Below, piece after piece: positions 62,753-64,000 of a stretch of DNA of 64,000 bases. Source of the stretch: Macrostomum hystrix (Eukaryota; Animalia; Platyhelminthes); NCBI GenBank assembly GCA_950097015.1, contig CATNEN010000001.1, positions 7,378,001-7,442,000 of the forward strand, given 5' to 3'. A model generated the notes under the pieces. That model saw nothing but the letters and a program-made list of their open reading frames with translations, searched no databases and was not told the DNA's origin. Position numbers and translations under genes: made by a program. Numbering within the stretch: the first letter of the stretch is position 1; every line of letters begins with the position of its first letter.

Positions 62753-63171
62753 GAGATCTTCAAACTGAGATTTCACGGAGGTGCAACTTTAACTGTTTTC
62801 GATTTTAATTTTAATGTAGCGCAAACAAAATAGTGATTTGCTTGCTAAAAATTGAGTCAATTAGCTCATATTAATTTACAAGTACTAAATTACTTTTGGT
62901 AATTTAGAGTCTACCTGCGTGTCAAACGCAATAATTTAACTGCATTAAGTTAACCCGTCCTTTAAAAAATCCCTTTTTGGTCACGATGTCAGGTCTAACC
63001 AGCCTGACATCTAGGCATATTTTAGGGGTGTGATAAGGCAGGTGGACAGCCTAATTATTGTTCTAATGATATTGTCTTGTGTAGTAATCCATAATAACTT
63101 ATTATATTATATCCATTAGACTTTCAGCCCAGTATGGAGGCTAATTTTGCAATTGTGTCAAATTATGACGC

Positions 63172-63608
63172 AACGTAAGGAATTTGAGAGTCAGATGATC
63201 GAACGTCAGGAATTTGAGAGTCAGATGATCGAATGTCTGGAATTTGAGAGTCAGATGATCGAATGTCTGGAATTTGAGAGTCAGATGATCGAATGTCTGG
63301 AATTTGAGAGTCAGATGATTGAATGTCTGGAATTTGAGAGTCAGATGATTGAATGTCAGGAATTTGAGAGTCAGATGATCGAATGTCTGGAATTTGAGAG
63401 TCAGATGATCGAATGTCTGGAATTTGAGAGTCAGATGATCGAATGTCTGGAATTTGAGAGTCAGATGATTGAATGTCAGGAATTTGAGAGTCAGATGATC
63501 GAATGTCAGGAATTTGAGAGTCAGATGATCGAACGTCAGGAATTTGAGAGTCAGATGATTGAATGTCTGGAATTTGAGAGTCAGATGAGAGAATTTGAGA
63601 GTCAGATA
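63172..63608 (+). repeat. 30-bp minisatellite (GGAATTTGAGAGTCAGATGATCGAATGTCT)n
   Basis: About 14 copies. Confidence 0.96.
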
Positions 63609-64000
63609 GGATGTTATATTGTAAGCTAGAAATTGATGAATATCAAATACGAGCGTAATAATTGATTTTTCTTGGACAGCACGATAATTCTGAAGTCTGG
63701 TAAAGCTGATAACTTTTTTCCAGCTCTGAATCAAATCACTCGATCAACTTGTCAGTCATGCATTATCAGATTTCTTTCACTGGATTGCTCTGAAGTGTCT
63801 GAGGCTAAGATAGTTACGCATCTGCTTGATAAGCTTAAAATAACAATGTCTAACACCCGCATAATGTTTTTCTTAACAGTGTTTCATCTTTCTAACAAAT
63901 AGCAAATATTTTAACTATCGAGTATCCTTAACTGGCTATTATACTTTCCTAAAATCTACTTTCAAGGTATCTTATTGAATTTTTTGTTTATGGATGTAGT

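Noticed and set aside
61324-63734. ORFs of 140-472 aa on both strands
   Set aside because: Low-complexity satellite translations.

Overview
Eukaryotic (metazoan, invertebrate) genomic DNA: AT-rich intergenic sequence, GT-AG spliced genes with polyQ/polyA tracts, and very dense mini/microsatellites. The style resembles a free-living flatworm such as Macrostomum, but that is inference only. Genes assembled by hand from splice sites: an RBM47/A1CF-family RRM gene (-); a complete 7-exon NSF gene (+) whose intron 2 holds an intronless, same-strand PACRGL gene; a protein with two tandem stathmin-like modules (+); a secreted PAN-like plus ALK/LTK-type glycine-rich protein (-); a small C2H2 zinc-finger gene (-); an intronless melatonin-receptor-like GPCR (+); and a Sec14/spectrin (SESTD1/Trio-N-like) gene (-). 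Mobile DNA: two non-autonomous hAT elements with TIRs and 8-bp TSDs, a long-TIR MITE, a LINE 3' fragment and about 7 copies of one tRNA-derived SINE family, one with its core amplified 6x in tandem. Most striking structure: within NSF, two different minisatellite families occur as inverted pairs, one bracketing exon 4 and the other bracketing exon 2 plus the nested PACRGL gene. Most long ORFs in the supplied track are translations of satellites.
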